Positions 50,842 through 56,065 of a stretch of 56,065 nt of DNA are shown in pieces; position 1 is the first letter of the stretch; each line of letters opens with the position of its first letter. The position numbers and the translations under genes were made by a program. The stretch covers positions 6,178,335-6,234,399 of the forward strand of contig CM119271.1 in NCBI GenBank assembly GCA_051294375.1. The letters are read 5' to 3'. The notes under the pieces were generated by a model. The model made no database searches. It was given only the letters and a program-made list of their open reading frames with translations, and had not been told where the DNA came from. The DNA is from Paraspadella gotoi (taxonomy: Eukaryota; Animalia; Chaetognatha).

Positions 50842-52406
50842 GGAAAGGAGAGGGACAGCCTTTTAATTATATGATCCACTTTTTAGTGACGGAAAGATGA
50901 CAGCCTATTTATGATAATAATTTATGAACAGAAAGAGAGGGACAGCCTTTTATGATGCATTCATTTAGTGACAGGAAAGGAGGGGACAGCCTTTTATGAT
51001 GATACATTTAGTGACAGGAAAGGAGGGACAGCCTTTTTATGATTATACATTTAGTGACAAGGAAAGGAGGGGACAGCCTTTTATGATGATACATTAGTGA
51101 CAGGAAAAGGAGGGGACAGCCTTTTATGATGATCAATTAGTGACAGGAAAGGAGGGGGACAGCCTTTTATGATGATACATTTAGTGACAGGAAAGGAGGG
51201 GACAGCCTTTTATGATGATACATTTAGTGACAGGAAAGGAGGGGGACAGCCTTTTATGATTGATCATTGAAAGAGGACAGCCTTTATGATGATACATTTA
51301 GGAAGAAGGAGGGGACAGCCTTTTATGATGAACATTTAGTGACAGGGAAAGGAGGGGGACAGCCTTTTTATGATGATACATTTAGTGACAGGAAAGGAGG
51401 GGGACAGCCTTTTATGATGATACATTTGAGTGACAGAAAGGAGGGGACAGCCTTTTATGATGATACATTTAGTGACAGGAAAGGAGGGGGACAGCCTTTT
51501 TATGATGATACATTTAGTGACAGAAAGGAGGGGACAGCCTTTTATGATATACATTTAGTGACAGGAAAGGAGGGGGACAGCCTTTTATGATGATACATTT
51601 AGTGACAGGAAAGGAGGGGACAGCCTTTATGTGATACATTTAGTGACAGGAAAGGGAGGGACAGCACTTATTGATGATACATTTAGTGACAGGAAAGGAG
51701 GGGACACCTTTTGATGATACATTTTAAGACAGAGAAGTGAGGACACCTTTATATATACAATTAGTGACAGGGAAAGAGGGGACAGCCTTTTATGATGATA
51801 CATTTAGTGACAGGAAAGGAGGAGACAGCCTTTTATGATGACAATTTGTGACAGGAAAGGAGAGGGACATTTTATGATGATACATTTAGTGACAGGAAAG
51901 GAGGGGACAGCCTTTTATGATGATAATTAGTGACAGGAAAGGAGGGGGACAGCCTTTTATGATGATACATTTAGTGACAGGAAAGGAGGGGACAGCTTTA
52001 TGATTGATACATTTAGTGACAGGAAAGGAGGGGACAGCCTTTTATGATGATACATTTAGTGACAGGAAAGGAGGGGACAGCCTTTATGATATACATTTAT
52101 AGACAGGAAAGAGGGGACAGCCTTTTATATGATACATTTTACGTGACCAGAAAGGCGGGACAGCCTTTTATGATTGATACATTTAGTGACAGGAAAGGAG
52201 TGGACACCTTTTATGATGATACATTTAGTGCACAGAAGAGGGGACATTGATGTATTTACGAGAGGAGGACAGCCTTTTATCGATATACATTTATACAGGA
52301 AAAGGGGGGACAGCCTTTTATGATGATACATTTAGTGACAGGAACAGGAGGGGACAGGCCTTTTATGATGATACATTTTACAGCAAAAGAGGGACAGCCC
52401 TTATGA
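50842..52406. repeat. 44-bp minisatellite, ~36 copies (duplicate array)
   Basis: Same unit as 41348-42612, noisier and longer. Confidence 0.97.
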
Positions 52407-53320
52407 CGTTTGATAAGCGGACGAGAAAGAGAAAAAGATCAATTTCTTTTCGAATTTTGAAGTTGAATTTGAATTTCATTATCACCCATGTCCACTGCAC
52501 ATTGACACTGAAATAATCCTTGTAACCACTCCAATTGGATCAATATTTAAAAAAAGTTTTTTCTCTCATCTTTTAGTCAAATACTATACGTTTATTATAT
52601 ATTCATTTTATAAAATTAATTTAATATTTACTTATATAAAGAAATATTATTTTATTATTGGAATTCAGATACAGTATTAAATGAATTTAGAATTCTTACG
52701 ATATAAAATATTATTCACGTCAGTCACGAACATGCTGAGGACAGCATTTGTTTGAATTGGAATTGAGATTTACAAATTGTAAAAAAAATATTACTCAAAA
52801 ATTATTTAATGTTACAACTTACAAGAATTCAGGCATGCCATTAATAAGACAATTTTTAGTTAATTCTTAGGATGAAAAATGTTTCTTTATTGTAATGAAG
52901 AACATACTTAGAATGGTCTTTTTGAGCTAATTTTACAATGATAGACAAAATATTTTAACTTCGACTAATAAGTAAATAAACAACTAAATAAAACGAGGTA
53001 ATATAAAAAAAAAGAAAAAAATGTAACGTCAGTTCGATCGTGTTGAAGGAAATAGATAATATTGAAGTCAAGAAAAAAGAAGAAAAATATAAAATAAGGA
53101 AAATAAAATTCAGGTAGAAAAAAAATAATAAAATAAAAAAAAATATCCAAATCGAAATAGAAAAAAAGAAAAAGGTCGACTTTTCCCCTTCGCGGTCTTT
53201 TAATAATCAAGACTTTATTCAAAGGGGGTTTCGGGGGGGAAAAAGGGGAAAAAAAATATTCGCAGGGTTTCGGCTGGGGTTAATTCTTATCCCTTTCAAT
53301 AGTCTCTCCTCTCACCTCTC

Positions 53321-53361
<41 letters not shown>

Positions 53362-54131
53362 CNNNNNNNNNNNNNNNNNNNNNNNNNTTAAAAGCAAGCC
53401 ATTCAAAATTCGCTTTGCATAAAATGGCTCTCAGTGTATGAATTAGATCTAATCAAAACCATTCAGTCCCCCGTTGTCCTTTTCTTTAACTCTTCCTTTT
53501 TTTTAAAGAAAACCGTTTTGCTTAGTTTTTAGATTTTTATTCAGGGTTGCAGTTGGTTCGATGTTTAAACGTCATTGAATAATTCAATGGTAAAACGATT
53601 TCTGCACGTATAAACGTTTAACGCTTTGTCGTTTCTTCTTAATTTTGTTCGTTTAAAAGATAAAAATCGAATATCATTTTAATTAAAAATATAGAAAATT
53701 TTATAATTATATATTTATGAACAGGAAAAAACAAATTGTAATACAACCATAAAAACATACAAAAAAATATATATTCGCATTAATTCCCTCTCAATTTTCA
53801 TATTCTCTCCTTAAACTTATAAGTAAAATTATTTTTAGAAATGATTTATCCTTCTTTTCTCCCCCTTCTTCCTTTTTCCAATGAACCGTCCTGAAAAAAA
53901 AAAACTTTCCTAAAATGAACCAACTTTAAATTTATACATACATATATCCACGTCCCATTAAAAATTCCTTTTTTTTTAAATAGCTCCAGCGGCGACGGTG
54001 GCTCCACTCTGTCCACCCGCGCCATTCGCTCCCCTTAAAACCGGCGACGAAGCGGAAGACCTTCAATCGTGGAAGCGAAATGAATTCCACAGCCAAAGAA
54101 TCCAAAGAATTTCTTATCGCACAGATGGATT

Positions 54132-54132
54132 G

Positions 54133-54164
<32 letters not shown>

Positions 54165-54198
54165 GTCGTCGTCGTCGTAGTAGTCGTCGTCGTCGTCG
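54132..54198. repeat. (TCG)n microsatellite
   Basis: Near-pure GTC tract. Confidence 0.95.
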
Positions 54199-54506
54199 TT
54201 TATGTCGATATCTTCATCATCGTCGTTTCAAATTTATCCGCCCCTCTCGGTAGCAACATCGATGTACAATAATCATGGCGTCACGTCGTTAAAATTATGT
54301 TAAAGACTTTTTGAGCTATGAAATAAGTTTTTAATGTAGAAAAAATATTTATTCGTAGTCGGGCATTGCAGCAAGTTGACCACGCCTATAAGCATGGATT
54401 TGTATGACAAGGAATCTCATTGCGTAATACTATCACGTGTATTTAGTAAAATCCTCCAACCAATTGTCATAAAATCTTATAGTCACCTAAAATTATGAGT
54501 TGAGCG

Positions 54507-54549
54507 AACAATGCCGAATCTGCCTACGGTAAGCAGATCCGGTTAAAAA
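54507..54549. mobile_element. 43-bp minimal derivative of HINE-like family B (both termini joined)
   Basis: AACAATGCCGAATCTGCCTACG matches the 19099-19120 left end and AGCAGATCCGGTTAAAAA matches the 19397-19414 right end; the sequence forms a single hairpin. Confidence 0.55.
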
Positions 54550-54642
54550 CCACAGTACGAGTCATTCATTTGAATCAAAATGAAACTACTATCTTAGCGA
54601 AAAGTTGTAATTGGTTGTAATGGAAAGTAATTTCGTGTAAAT

Positions 54643-54739
<97 letters not shown>

Positions 54740-55343
54740 TTCTCGGCACCATACGGCGAAAGTACGACGTGCTTCAATTTTCTTTTAATGTCTCCGAGCA
54801 AAGAAACGTTTTCCTTAATTCGCTACCAAACGGAAAATTTGAGACTCGATGTCAACTCGGCTCCTGATCCCTTCTTTTCCCTTCTTTTCCCTTCTTTTCC
54901 CTTCTTTNNNNNNNNNNNNNNNNNNNNNNNNNNNNNNNNNNNNNNNNNNNNNNNNNNNNNNNNNNNNNNNNNNNNNNNNNNNNNNNNNNNNNNNNNNNNN
55001 NNNNNNNNNNNNNNNNNNNNNNNNNNNNNNNNNNNNNNNNNNNNNNNNNNNNNNNNNNNNNNNNNNNNNNNNNNNNNNNNNNNNNNNNNNNNNNNNNNNN
55101 NNNNNNNNNNNNNNNNNNNNNNNNNNNNNNNNNNNNNNNNNNNNNNNNNNNNNNNNNNNNNNNNNNNNNNNNNNNNNNNNNNNNNNNNNNNNNNNNNNNN
55201 NNNNNNNNNNNNNNNNNNNNNNNNNNNNNNNNNNNNNNNNTCGAGTTCACCAACAACGGCTTTGACATTCAGTTGTGACAATGAGTTTCGCTCATTATTG
55301 ACAAAGTGTCTTGCGCAAGTCTTATCATTCCCTTCCATTCTAT

Positions 55344-55430
55344 ATATCTATTATCTATTTATCTATTTATCTATTTATCTATTTATCTATTTATCTATTT
55401 ATCTATTAATCTATTTATCTATTTATCTAA
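55344..55430. repeat. (ATCT/ATTT)n compound tetranucleotide microsatellite
   Basis: atctatttatctatttatct... tract. Confidence 0.9.
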
Positions 55431-55530
55431 TTATGTATTATGTATTATTAAAAGAAAACCGATTAATTCAACCTCTCTTTGGCTCCTAACGAAAAACCCG
55501 GTGACGACTTTTAATCATTTGTTTCTAAGG

Positions 55531-55565
<35 letters not shown>

Positions 55566-55688
55566 NNNNNNNNNNNNNNNNNNNNNNNNNNNNNNNNNNN
55601 NNNNNNNNNNNNNNNNNNNNNNNNNNNNNNNNNNNNNNNNNNNNNNNNNNNNNNNNNNNNNNNNNNNNNNNNNNNNNNNNNNNNNNNN

Positions 55689-55721
<33 letters not shown>

Positions 55722-56065
55722 TTCCCCTTTACGCTGTGACATTCATTAATTCAGGCCTCGTTCTCGTTCATACCTCATTATCATTTTTATTTTAGAAGTA
55801 TCATCATCATCATCATCATCATCTTCTTCCCTCATCAAATGAGATGACGACAAATTTTTCATCCTCTTTTCGTTTTCCCTTCTTCCATTTTTGAATTCTT
55901 CTTTCCTTCTTTTTTCAAAAAATAGTAATTTGAAAAACCAGGATTGCAACTTTCTTTTTGATGATCGCTGACTATTTGATATGAAATATTCCTTTGTCTT
56001 TCTGTTGGATTGTCTTTCTCTCTGTCTGTCTATCTGTCTACCTGTCTGTTTGTCTTCAATACTCT

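Overview
This is eukaryotic (animal, probably invertebrate) genomic DNA from a gapped draft assembly, dominated by (AG)n/(CT)n microsatellites, so almost all of the ORF track is low-complexity noise. The host signal is three minus-strand exons (21221-21305 partial, 20588-20695, 7276-7432). They splice in frame into tandem Ig domains resembling Turtle/IGSF9. The intron after the 7276 exon holds an antisense, near-complete Ty3/Gypsy LTR retrotransposon (2108-7242; gag-PR-RT-RNaseH-INT) with many frameshifts and a 3' LTR cut to about 37 bp. Other repeats include two families of Helentron/DINE-1-like non-autonomous elements (one reduced to 43 bp), a TIR-bounded MITE, two related tRNA-derived SINE-like elements, a 44-bp minisatellite and a 13-bp monomer with higher-order structure. 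A roughly 5.4-kb block (37.3-42.7 kb) recurs at 44.9-52.5 kb next to gaps of exactly 25 N, probably an assembly gap-filling artefact. I found no convincing novel biological system. The best leads are the exon-adjacent retroelement, the mini-Helentron derivative and the SINE pair with an inverted shared module.
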